Positions 1 through 8,545 of a stretch of DNA of 64,000 nucleotides are shown here, piece after piece. How positions within the stretch are numbered: position 1 is the stretch's first letter; each line of letters opens with the position of its first letter. The notes below the pieces were generated by a model that made no database searches, was not told the origin of the DNA, and saw only the letters and a list, made by a program, of their open reading frames with translations. Made by a program: the position numbers and the translations under genes. The DNA comes from Oscillospiraceae bacterium (GTDB lineage: Bacteria > Bacillota > Clostridia > Oscillospirales > Oscillospiraceae): assembly GCA_017412765.1 (NCBI GenBank), contig JAFPWN010000015.1, forward strand, positions 286 through 64,285, written 5' to 3'.

Positions 1-290
1 TTTTCTTTTGCTGAAACGACCTTTATGCCGTTCTTTTTCAGAATGTGCTTATAGTGAGCACTGTCATAACGGTCACGCGAGAAACGATCCAGTTCCCATA
101 CGAGCACGGTGTCGAACAGTCCCTTTTCACTGTCACGAATCATTCGCTGAAACTCCGGTCTATCTGCGGTACGCGCTGAGAGTGCGCGATCAATGTAGCT
201 TGATAGTATCGTATACCCTTCGCGCTGACTATCCGATGAATAACGTGCATAAATAACTGCTTTCGCTGCCTCACCACCTTGAATTTGATT
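1..290 (-). pseudogene. Serine recombinase (resolvase-type catalytic domain); N-terminal part only, leaves the window, probably decayed
   Basis: Minus frame 290->1 is open for 96 codons: NQIQGGEAAKAVIYARYSSDSQREGYTILSSYIDRALSARTADRPEFQRMIRDSEKGLFDTVLVWELDRFSRDRYDSAHYKHILKKNGIKVVSAKE. It carries YARxSSxxQ and LDRFSR resolvase-type motifs. An in-frame TAG lies at 291-293 with no ATG/GTG/TTG after it. The SSDSQ-to-YIDRA spacing looks about 20 aa shorter than I remember for the family. Absent from the ORF track because it has no start and no stop in the window. Confidence 0.6.
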
Positions 291-454
291 CTAATTGTTA
301 TCATCGGAATTATCAAATGTGCGAGGAGAATCCTTTTCAAAGTCAGCTTGTATTTTTGGAAGCAGGAATTTTGCGAACCGAACAATCTCTTCTTCCGGTG
401 TTTTCGAATTATTAACTTGAACAGAAACAGTATTATCGTCCAATTACCTTTCAC

Positions 455-2623
455 TTATTTTTTCTTTCCCTTAAAAGTCCCGGATTCCTGCGGCTCCGAC
501 TGTTCTTTATACACGTTTTGAGACTCCCACGAGACGGTGACGCCGCCCTTGCCGTCAAAGACGATCGTGTAGACCGTGGAGATGTACTGAACGTCGTTCA
601 TATAACTCTTTTCCAGATAAGTGGCGGTTCTCGTTGCGGGATCGAAAGTGGCGTTCTCGACGGTGAGACGATCGTCATAGTACGATTTGAAAAAGCCCTC
701 TACGCCGTCCTCTTTGATTCGGTTCTTAACATCATCGGGATTCTTCGCCTGCACCAGATAATAGCAGCCGTTGTACTCAAACACGTAATAGCTGCGCTCA
801 CCCTGCTTCTGTTTGCCGCCGTCCCAGTACGCCGTGTAGTCATACGTACCGTAGTAGCCGCCGGTATAGCCGGTGTCGGCGGCAGGTTCCTCCGGCTTGG
901 AGTCGTCGGACTTATCGTCCGCTTTGCCGGTGTCTTTGGCAGGGTCGTAGCCCTCGACCCATTCGCCGTCCTTTTGTACCTGCACGCCGTCCTTCCAGAC
1001 GTTGCCGTTGCCGTCCGATTTCACGATCGTGCCGTCCGGACGGGTCAGATTCCAGCTGTCGTCTTCGGGGTTGCAAACGACCAATCCGCCGTTGGGATCG
1101 TAGTATTCCGACAATGCGCCGTCTTTGACAACGATCCGAAGCCCGTCTTTCGTTACGATGCTGCCCGACGGCTCTCCGTCTTCGTTCTCCTTGTAGCGCA
1201 GGACTGCGCCCGCCTGCTCGTTTGTGAAGACGCGCTCGCCTGTCTCGGCATCGATAAACATATCCAGTCCTGCGGTTTGGCTGTGAATCTTTTGAATCTC
1301 TCCGTCATACGTGGTGACCCAGGACTCAGAGCCGTCCTCTTTTTCAAAGGAAACGCCGTCGGCGGTGAAATCCATTTTGCCGCCGTCCTCATCGATCTGA
1401 TGGACGCCGTCCTTGTCGAACTCAATCGTGCTTCCGTCGGCGTTTTTGAACTTCTTGCCGTCCGTGGACTTCTCGTTGCCCTTTTTGTCGATGTATTTAT
1501 CGGTGCGTCCGGTCACGACGCCGTCGGTGCCGGTCACTTCGCTCTCGAGTTTCGAGCCGTCCTTATACGTGTGGACGCTCTTTACCGATTTCTTGCCGTC
1601 CTCGCCGTAGGTGACGGTATGTTCGCTCGTTGTGCCGTCCTTATTCTCGACGGTCACGTAGATATGATTGTCGTCATTTGTGGCGGTGGTGGTTTTGCCG
1701 TCCTCCGTCCACTTCGTATCAATGCCGTTTTTGACCACCGCGCCGTTTTTGTCAAAGACGATCGTCTGGCTGTTGTGGCCCTTCTCGTTGTCAATGATCG
1801 AGGCGGTGACGGTTTTATTGCCAAACGCGTCAGTCGTCTCGGTCTCTCGGTATTCGCCGTCCTTGCTCACAACGTGGAAATCAGAGCTGTCGTCGGTTTC
1901 AACGCGCGTCATGGACAGTCCGTCCGCGTCCTTTATATCAAGGGCCTCATTCCCGTCCCCGTCCCGCGTCCAGTTCACGCCGCCGAGGCGCTGACCGTTT
2001 TTGTCGGTGACGTTAAGGGAAAACTCCTTCATGTACTCGCCGTCGCCGTCTTTGTAGGGCTCATTTTCGAGGGTATAGGTGATCGTTCTGCCCGTCTTGT
2101 CGGTAACGGTCTGGGTGCCTGTCTTAGAATCGCCGTTTTCGTCATAAAACTCGATCTTGTTGTTTTCGTCTAAGGAAACGCCCGTCCATTTGCCGTCCTT
2201 GTCAAAGGTCATGGTCAGCCCCGTCTCGGCGTTGTATTCGGTGTGAGAGCCGTCGGCATGATAGATCTCGCTGGTGCCGTCCGGATAGTACCCCTCGCCG
2301 CTGCCGTCGGGTCGTTTGGTGCCGTAGCCGCCGTCGAGGGTTTGGAACTTGATCGTTCCGTCCTTGGACTCCTCAAAGTGGTTGCCGTCCTTATCCAGAC
2401 CCTCTTTTCTTCCGTCGGGGTAGGTGGTGCGCATACTGCCGTTTTCAAAAATCTCGGTTTTGGAGCCGTCCGCGCCCTCAAACACCTGCGCGTTGCCGGA
2501 GAAGAGATCTTCGTCACCGAACGACCAATCTCCGCCCTCGGCGGAAGCGACCGTAACCATCGGCACGGACGAAACGAACATTACAAGCGCAAGAAGCAGC
2601 GCAATCGTTTTCTTTTTCATCAT
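455..2623 (-). CDS. Secreted repeat protein (DG-rich beta-hairpin repeats, MORN/TCP10-G-box-like), function unknown
   Basis: 722-aa ORF. Signal peptide MMKKKTIALLLALVMFVSSVPMVTVASAEG. Dozens of short xDGxxxxY/T-type repeats (YPDGRKEGLDKDGNHFEESKDGTIKF...). ATGA overlap with the upstream gene. The 551-aa plus-strand ORF opposite is a shadow. Confidence 0.85.
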   Translation of the reverse strand: MMKKKTIALLLALVMFVSSVPMVTVASAEGGDWSFGDEDLFSGNAQVFEGADGSKTEIFENGSMRTTYPDGRKEGLDKDGNHFEESKDGTIKFQTLDGGYGTKRPDGSGEGYYPDGTSEIYHADGSHTEYNAETGLTMTFDKDGKWTGVSLDENNKIEFYDENGDSKTGTQTVTDKTGRTITYTLENEPYKDGDGEYMKEFSLNVTDKNGQRLGGVNWTRDGDGNEALDIKDADGLSMTRVETDDSSDFHVVSKDGEYRETETTDAFGNKTVTASIIDNEKGHNSQTIVFDKNGAVVKNGIDTKWTEDGKTTTATNDDNHIYVTVENKDGTTSEHTVTYGEDGKKSVKSVHTYKDGSKLESEVTGTDGVVTGRTDKYIDKKGNEKSTDGKKFKNADGSTIEFDKDGVHQIDEDGGKMDFTADGVSFEKEDGSESWVTTYDGEIQKIHSQTAGLDMFIDAETGERVFTNEQAGAVLRYKENEDGEPSGSIVTKDGLRIVVKDGALSEYYDPNGGLVVCNPEDDSWNLTRPDGTIVKSDGNGNVWKDGVQVQKDGEWVEGYDPAKDTGKADDKSDDSKPEEPAADTGYTGGYYGTYDYTAYWDGGKQKQGERSYYVFEYNGCYYLVQAKNPDDVKNRIKEDGVEGFFKSYYDDRLTVENATFDPATRTATYLEKSYMNDVQYISTVYTIVFDGKGGVTVSWESQNVYKEQSEPQESGTFKGKKK

Positions 2624-3018
2624 TGCGCATCACCCACGCTTTCGATTAGGTCTTCCCATTTGTTGAGATTCTGCATACCCGCAAAATATTTGCCGTAGGT
2701 GGTGTCGGCGATCCCCGCTTCGATATCCGCCACGGCGGCGCCCGCCACGGCTTTCTGAAGCTGCGCATAAACCTGCTGCGCCGCCTCGTAGTTGCCGGCT
2801 TCTTCCAGACGCTTGGCGTAATCGCTGAGCTCCTCGAACATAGTTTGCGCCGCCGCAGCTTCGTTGTCGCCGTTTTCCTCCAGCTTCTGGGCGTATTCGT
2901 ACAGGGATGTGTTGTCGGTTTGCATGTTGTTTTTCTTGTTGTCATCTTTCTTTGACCCGCAGGCACATAGCGCAAGCGACATAAGTACCGCAAGCATGAT
3001 TGAAATGATCTTTTTCAT
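2620..3018 (-). CDS. Small lipoprotein, function unknown
   Basis: Lipobox in MKKIISIMLAVLMSLALCACGSKKDD. Start moved to the ATG at 3016-3018, preceded by GGAGGAAAG. Helical A/E/Q-rich mature part. Stop overlaps the next start (ATGA). Confidence 0.75.
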   Translation of the reverse strand: MKKIISIMLAVLMSLALCACGSKKDDNKKNNMQTDNTSLYEYAQKLEENGDNEAAAAQTMFEELSDYAKRLEEAGNYEAAQQVYAQLQKAVAGAAVADIEAGIADTTYGKYFAGMQNLNKWEDLIESVGDAQ

Positions 3019-3061
3019 AAAGCTTTCCTCCCTTTTCAGTGATACGTCAGCAGACTGCATA

Positions 3062-3355
3062 CTACGGAAGAAGTACGCGGTCGACATTAAAAATCACGGT
3101 AATCGGCGTGTGGTTGTCAATGCTTATGCCGCGCAGCTCATAGTCCCGCAAGGCGCTTAAAAACTCATAATAGATGATGCAATCCTCATCGGTTTCCGTT
3201 ACGCTCTCGCCCCAGTGCTTGTGCTCGGTGTGGGTGGAGTCTACCCGGAACAGATCGCGGGAACCGTTTGCGGTGAAGGTGAGCGTAAGGTCATAGGTGC
3301 TGGGCTGAGAGCCGTATCTCGGGTGATCCGCATAAGAGGCGGTATAGGTCGTCAC
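3062..3355 (-). CDS. Hypothetical 97-aa protein, possibly the 3' remnant of a longer gene
   Basis: GTG start with no clear RBS. The frame stays open upstream to about 3406 (..RKTTRGEAFVIDLTAGAV-) without a start codon and then runs into AT-rich sequence. Ends in TAG, the only TAG-terminated ORF I kept. Confidence 0.4.
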   Translation of the reverse strand: MTTYTASYADHPRYGSQPSTYDLTLTFTANGSRDLFRVDSTHTEHKHWGESVTETDEDCIIYYEFLSALRDYELRGISIDNHTPITVIFNVDRVLLP

Positions 3356-3422
3356 AGCGCCCGCCGTCAGGTCGATGACAAATGCTTCGCCGCGTGTTGT
3401 TTTTCTTTATTAAAAAGTTTTT

Positions 3423-3710
3423 TTATTTATTCCGTGTTAACACAAAAGTGCCCTTTGAAGTAATCTCTAAACTATCTTTACTTATCAGGCGTAGTTTCAT
3501 ATCGTTATGCCACTTGCTGTTTGAAATAACCAATACATTCCCGTCAAAAGTGTATTCACAGGAAAATGTGACCGGATTGGATGTTGTTCCGTCTGCTTTT
3601 GAAGCAGTCATAACAACGGTGACGGTATCATTTGCCTGGCTGAACGTATAATTTTCCGTTATGCCTTCACTTGAATAAGACCATAATCCCATAATATCAT
3701 CAATCGTCAC
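3423..3710 (-). CDS. Hypothetical 95-aa protein (beta-rich, lipocalin-like feel)
   Basis: ORF MTIDDIMGLWSYSSEGITENYTFSQ... ATGA overlap with the upstream lipoprotein gene. Visibly AT-richer than its neighbours. Confidence 0.6.
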   Translation of the reverse strand: MTIDDIMGLWSYSSEGITENYTFSQANDTVTVVMTASKADGTTSNPVTFSCEYTFDGNVLVISNSKWHNDMKLRLISKDSLEITSKGTFVLTRNK

Positions 3711-5203
3711 GCCTGTCGCACCTGTACCGCCTTGCTGCTCGGTGTTACTGTTTGATGAATTATTTTTCCCGTATTGCTGTTTTCGGAAGCGCTTGTATCA
3801 GGCTCATTTTTACTGTTTCCTGAATTTTCCTCTTCGTATCCCATCTCGGCAATTTCATAAAGAACATTCTGCAGGAGCTTCAGATAAGCGTCAAGGTCAA
3901 AATCATCCTGCATGATCGGCTTTGTATTGTCGATAATCATTTGGCTGACCTCGGGGGTCATCGTATCCGTGCTCATTTTTACCGGCGCCGGGTCTGTTTC
4001 GCCGGATGCTGCCAGCGCCGAGTTGATCCTCTCTTCGGAAACGCCTGCGTTCTTTAAGACGTCCGTGACATTCTTCTGCTGATCGGGTTCGGTACCCGTG
4101 AGCGTGTTCATCAGCGTGAACTTGACGCCGTCGTCACCCTTTGTGAAGGTTCCGCTCATAATCGAGCCGCCGTTCACATAGTCATTGATTGCTCCTGCGC
4201 CGTACGAGATTACGCCGAAGGAATTCATAGCAAGTTCCTCTTTCGTTTTTGCGTCAAGCGAGTTATAACCGTTTTTCCATATATCTTTGCCCGCGCCTGC
4301 CAGATCCTTGATGTTTGCGCCCACGCCCGCGATGGCAAAGATCTGGCCGATCGGCGCGAGCTGTGCTTCCGTCTTGTCGCAAGCCATACTGAACTCGTTA
4401 TCCTCGCCGTTTGTATAGAGGATAGAAGCGGTTGAGCCGATTTCAAGGACTGTGTTGACACCGCTCATTGTAATACCGCCAGTGCTGACCGCCGTCGCCA
4501 ATGCGCCGCTTGCGGGTGCGGTTGCAACGGCGATCACCAAGCCCGCCGCTGTGCCCGCTGTTTTGAGAACGGTTGCGGTTTTAACAGCGGTATTTGCCTT
4601 ATCGGCAATCTGCGTGTATTCGGCGCCCATCAAAATATCCTGCGCCATCTCCATCTGTGCGTAGGCGTGCTTTGCATCCGTGCCGAGCTGTGAAGCGAGG
4701 TGCCTGATCGCATAGCCCGGCTTCGCCTTCGCATACTCGTCCATGATGGACTGCGCCCATTCCTTTGAACCCATTTCTGCGGCATACGCCGTTATACCGA
4801 GAGATGCTGCGGCACTAAGCTTCTGAACTTTCGGCCCTTCTCCGTTTTCCTCCTGTTCATAAACGTCAAGTGCTTCGTTCAGAACGGCATTCATTTTATC
4901 TGCATTCTCAAACGCCCTCACTGCGTTGTCAACAAGTGCGGCGTATTGGGCATAATTATCTTCTGTTAAACCTGAAACATCGTAGTTAATGAACGCATCA
5001 AGATAGGCTCTGCCGGCGAGATAGTAGTTTACAGCCAAGCCGGAAGCGGCGTCAACAACAGCCTCTGCGTCTGTCGGAACAGGGTAATTCACCTGTGCCT
5101 TCTCCGTTTTGCGGTTTTTATCCCCGCACCCGGCAAGGAGGGACAAGGTCATAACGGCAGCGATCAGAAGTGATGCAAACCGTTTTGCTTTTTTCATAAT
5201 CAT
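3707..5203 (-). CDS. Lipoprotein (about 496 aa), function unknown
   Basis: Lipobox MKKAKRFASLLIAAVMTLSLLAGCGDK. The likelier start is the ATG at 5195-5197, 8 nt after AAGGA. The central Ala/Gly/Thr-rich hydrophobic stretch (TAGTAAGLVIAVATAPASGALATAVSTGGI) may be membrane-inserting. G+C is lower than in the flanks. Confidence 0.8.
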   Translation of the reverse strand: MIMKKAKRFASLLIAAVMTLSLLAGCGDKNRKTEKAQVNYPVPTDAEAVVDAASGLAVNYYLAGRAYLDAFINYDVSGLTEDNYAQYAALVDNAVRAFENADKMNAVLNEALDVYEQEENGEGPKVQKLSAAASLGITAYAAEMGSKEWAQSIMDEYAKAKPGYAIRHLASQLGTDAKHAYAQMEMAQDILMGAEYTQIADKANTAVKTATVLKTAGTAAGLVIAVATAPASGALATAVSTGGITMSGVNTVLEIGSTASILYTNGEDNEFSMACDKTEAQLAPIGQIFAIAGVGANIKDLAGAGKDIWKNGYNSLDAKTKEELAMNSFGVISYGAGAINDYVNGGSIMSGTFTKGDDGVKFTLMNTLTGTEPDQQKNVTDVLKNAGVSEERINSALAASGETDPAPVKMSTDTMTPEVSQMIIDNTKPIMQDDFDLDAYLKLLQNVLYEIAEMGYEEENSGNSKNEPDTSASENSNTGKIIHQTVTPSSKAVQVRQA

Positions 5204-5216
5204 TTTCCTTTATCAA

Positions 5217-5352
5217 CTATTGTTTTATGTTGACACAACGGGAAGCAATGTAGTTCTTGACAAACTCAAAGTCCTCTTTTGCCGCATAAACCTGATTATG
5301 TTCGAGGCGTTCGTTCACCTTTATAAGATCCCGGCGGGGCTGCGCGTTTTTT
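5217..5352 (-). pseudogene. 3' fragment of a paralogue of the 7917-8534 membrane-protein gene
   Basis: The minus frame reads ..FRQTKNAQPRRDLIKVNERLEHNQVYAAKEDFEFVKNYIASRCVNIKQ*. It aligns with the C-terminus of the 7917-8534 product (..KVRKIKAYPRRHVIKVKETLEHNQIYASDEDFAFVQQYILSHCPNAKQ*) at about 27 of 42 positions. No start codon, and it begins inside the tail of the 843-aa gene. Confidence 0.7.
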
Positions 5353-5370
5353 GTTTGCCTAAACGGCCTT

Positions 5371-7902
5371 TCAGTTCCCCGCTTCGCGGTTGAAGCGCAG
5401 GTTCTGGGCTATTTCGTCCTTCGTGCCCGGATTGAGGATGAACCGGGCGGCGGGATACCCGGTCAGGGAATCCTTTTCCGGCACTCTCTCGATCCGCATG
5501 GGGTCGAGATCCGGTGTGTCCCCCGCTTTTCCGTACAGGTTGCCGTAGATGATCCCCGTTTCGGTTTTTTCGATCAGGATCGCGCCGGTCTTCGGATCGA
5601 CGGTGTATTTGCGTTCAAAGGCGTAATCCACCCCGGACCGCCAGTCGGGATGAGCGGGATCGGCGTAATAATAGGACTCGTAAAGGAGGGTCTCCCCGTC
5701 GATGATTGTGATCCTATTGGACTGGGTGCTGAATCCCGAAAACGCGCCGCCCTCTCCCTCGTACCTGGGATAGCTCCACGCGCCGTTCAGCCAGTCCGCG
5801 CCGGTAGAGGTATTGCCGAGCTCCACCGTCGTCTGGCGGTCGCCGTCCGTTTTGGCGGTAAAGTCCTTCACGGCGATCGGCGCCGCGCCGCTCTTGTAAT
5901 CCGATTCGTTCTTGTAAACCAGCACCTGGTTCGGCATCCCCATTTTCAGAAAGCCGAGCACGGTACATTCGTAGTCGACGTCCCAGCCGTCGTCGAAATC
6001 ACTGCCTTCCGGGACGTTCCAGTAAAGATCGGGAATCGGTTTGCCCTCGCTGCCGAAGCAGACCGTGCAGCCCTGGTATTTCGTGTTCTCGGTGCTCTGC
6101 TGATCGACGGACTCCTGTATCGTAAAACTGAGCGTCTTGTTGTAGGTCTCTGTCGCCTTTGTCAGCTCGGCAAGAGTCTTTTCCTGGAGGCGCTCGATCA
6201 GGAATCTCTGGATCTTCGTCATCGCTTCGGTCTCGATTAGGCGCCACACCTTCGCCTTCTGCTGTTCGGTGAGCGCCGCCTTCTGATCCGACGTTGCGTT
6301 GAAGAAAACGTTTTTGTATCCGGCGGAGGAAGCCGCGAACAGGATGTCCGCGTTCGTCTCGTCGTAGACCTCCTGCCAGAACTTCTCGCAGTACTCGTCC
6401 ACCGCTTTTTTGATCTCGCGCATGGCGGCATCCGCGTCTCCGTTGCTGTGCCAGTAGGCCTCCTCGAACACCCGGTACCAGTGATCACTGTCAAACGGCT
6501 CGACCTTGGTATAATAGGCGTTGAAGACCGCGCTGACGTTTTCGGCCTGCTCGATTTTCGCCGCGTCGACGAAATAGTCGATTTCCATGCCCATAAGCGC
6601 AACGCCGACGAAGGCGATCGTGAAGCCGACGTGGCTGTAGCCGGTCGTCAGAGAATAGATCGTGCCGCCGCTGCCGAGCATATTTTTGTAAAGATTATAG
6701 CCCGCCGTTTGCGTCCGGTCCTTGTCCGTGCTGTTCAGATCCATGCCAACCTGCACCGCCATGGCGAGGAAGGGGATCGCGTTCATGGCGTTGCCGAGCT
6801 CGCCGGAGTGGTCGATCATAAAACTGACCGCGCGGCTCTGCGAGGCGGGAGGCAGCGAGTCGATGCCGAGATTGATCATGGCGTCGCAGAACGTCCACAT
6901 GGTATTCGTTTCTGTGAACGCCTGATACGCGGCCTTCGCGTCCATATTGGGGTCGAGCGTCGGCATTTTGACCGCGTAGTTCTCCGGATCGTCGATAAAG
7001 GCGGTCACCTCGTCCGAAAACTCGGCCGGATTGGTGCGCTGCAGGATGTTCCAGTAGTTTGACACCACCGCAAGCGTGAGCAGATAGGGGTTATCCTCAT
7101 CCGCGACGACCTTGTAGAGCGAGGGGTTCGATCCGACCGGCCTGTACGTGACCCGCGCCGGAGAAAAACTACCGAAATACGCCGTCGCCGTGCCGGCTTC
7201 TTCGTTTACGAACGTGAGCAGCGGCATCCAATTCCCGTCTTTGTAGTGCTCGACGATAACGTCCGTGCCGGACTGGACGCGGCAGGGAAAGGTGACCGCT
7301 ACGGGAACGTAAAAATCTTCGTGCTTGCCCATCTCCAGCTCGTACGCCTCGTAGCGCGTTCCGTCCGCCTCCGTTCCGCTTTCGTAGACCGAGACGGACA
7401 CGTCGCGCTTGCCGGACTCCAGCATCAGTGTATCCACGTCGACCGTCACGCCGCAAAGTGTGATCGCCGGCGACTCCGCGCTGACGCTCCCCTTCTCCGA
7501 GGCCTGCACCTTTCCGAACTCGGGCTTCGGCTCCTTGCCGCCGCGGAACCAGCCGCCGTTCCGGAATCCGAAGATCCCGACAACGATCGCCGCCACGAGC
7601 AGAAGCGACACGGCGGCAAGCCCGCCCTTGCCCTTCTTTTTGGCGGCCGGTGCGGCGGACTGCTGATAGACGTACGCCTGCTGCTGCGCTCTCGCCGCGT
7701 TCCGCTGCGCGAACTGCTCCGGGATCCGCACCTGCGGCCGCGGAGTGTATGAGTGCGGCTGCGGATTCGCCTGCGGCTGCGGATTGGGAGAGCTCTTCGG
7801 CTGCTGCGGCTGCGCCGCCTGCGGGACGGGCGAACCGCAGGAGGAGCAGAATCTGACTCCCTCTCCGAGCGGGGATCCACAATTCTGACAAAACTTAGCC
7901 AA
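5371..7902 (-). CDS. Zinc-ribbon membrane-anchored protein with a large extracytoplasmic domain, function unknown
   Basis: 843 aa with a TTG start. N-terminus MAKFCQNCGSPLGEGVRFCSSCGSPV (CxxC..CxxC), then a P/Q-rich linker, one TM (LAAVSLLLVAAIVVGIFGF), then about 720 aa with no motif I recognise. Confidence 0.85.
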   Translation of the reverse strand: MAKFCQNCGSPLGEGVRFCSSCGSPVPQAAQPQQPKSSPNPQPQANPQPHSYTPRPQVRIPEQFAQRNAARAQQQAYVYQQSAAPAAKKKGKGGLAAVSLLLVAAIVVGIFGFRNGGWFRGGKEPKPEFGKVQASEKGSVSAESPAITLCGVTVDVDTLMLESGKRDVSVSVYESGTEADGTRYEAYELEMGKHEDFYVPVAVTFPCRVQSGTDVIVEHYKDGNWMPLLTFVNEEAGTATAYFGSFSPARVTYRPVGSNPSLYKVVADEDNPYLLTLAVVSNYWNILQRTNPAEFSDEVTAFIDDPENYAVKMPTLDPNMDAKAAYQAFTETNTMWTFCDAMINLGIDSLPPASQSRAVSFMIDHSGELGNAMNAIPFLAMAVQVGMDLNSTDKDRTQTAGYNLYKNMLGSGGTIYSLTTGYSHVGFTIAFVGVALMGMEIDYFVDAAKIEQAENVSAVFNAYYTKVEPFDSDHWYRVFEEAYWHSNGDADAAMREIKKAVDEYCEKFWQEVYDETNADILFAASSAGYKNVFFNATSDQKAALTEQQKAKVWRLIETEAMTKIQRFLIERLQEKTLAELTKATETYNKTLSFTIQESVDQQSTENTKYQGCTVCFGSEGKPIPDLYWNVPEGSDFDDGWDVDYECTVLGFLKMGMPNQVLVYKNESDYKSGAAPIAVKDFTAKTDGDRQTTVELGNTSTGADWLNGAWSYPRYEGEGGAFSGFSTQSNRITIIDGETLLYESYYYADPAHPDWRSGVDYAFERKYTVDPKTGAILIEKTETGIIYGNLYGKAGDTPDLDPMRIERVPEKDSLTGYPAARFILNPGTKDEIAQNLRFNREAGN

Positions 7903-7916
7903 ATCTCGTCGTTCCT

Positions 7917-8534
7917 TTACTGTTTGGCGTTGGGACAGTGCGAAAGGATATACTGCTGCACGAACGCAAAATCCTCGTCCGACGCGTAGATCTGGTTATG
8001 CTCCAGCGTTTCCTTTACCTTGATCACGTGGCGGCGGGGATACGCTTTAATTTTTCGGACTTTTGAAAAATCGGAATACATCTCCGTGCGTTGGGCGTTC
8101 ATTCCGGCGCCGACCGTTCCGATCCTGCCCGACGCCGCACCCGCAATCATCGTGGCACGAGCGAGCTTTTCCGCTTTTTTGGCCTGTGCCGCGATCTGTC
8201 TGTGGGTTATGCCTTTTTCGTCCATTTCAAACTCGACAATATATTTTCCGCCCATTATTGCGGCGTATAAAAGATACCCCAAACCTACAACGGCGGTCAT
8301 CCCCAAAAAGAAATATCCCAGAAACGGCAGGTTCTCCGCCGCCTTGTCCGCGCCCCAATTGGCCGCGTCGGAGATCAGCTCGACGGCGGACACGCCGAGA
8401 AACAGGAAGAAAAAGATCTTCCAGACCAGAACAAAGAATCTGAGGTCTTTGAACAGGTTGATCTCATAGACCCAGCGGTATTTTCCATCCTCGCAGAGAA
8501 TAACACGGGCGTTTAACGTTTCGCTTTCTTTCAT
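7917..8534 (-). CDS. Two-TM membrane protein, function unknown
   Basis: Start moved to the ATG at 8532-8534 (MKESETLN..), preceded by GAGG and lying after the upstream stop. Two hydrophobic helices and a cytoplasmic C-terminal domain. A C-terminal paralogue fragment lies at 5217-5352. Confidence 0.75.
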   Translation of the reverse strand: MKESETLNARVILCEDGKYRWVYEINLFKDLRFFVLVWKIFFFLFLGVSAVELISDAANWGADKAAENLPFLGYFFLGMTAVVGLGYLLYAAIMGGKYIVEFEMDEKGITHRQIAAQAKKAEKLARATMIAGAASGRIGTVGAGMNAQRTEMYSDFSKVRKIKAYPRRHVIKVKETLEHNQIYASDEDFAFVQQYILSHCPNAKQ

Positions 8535-8545
8535 ACGCCTCACCC

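Noticed and set aside
518-2173. 551-aa plus-strand ORF
   Set aside because: It lies antisense to the signal-peptide-bearing 722-aa gene. Its Arg/Ala/Val/Gly-rich, low-complexity translation is typical of shadow frames in G+C-rich DNA, and it has no RBS.
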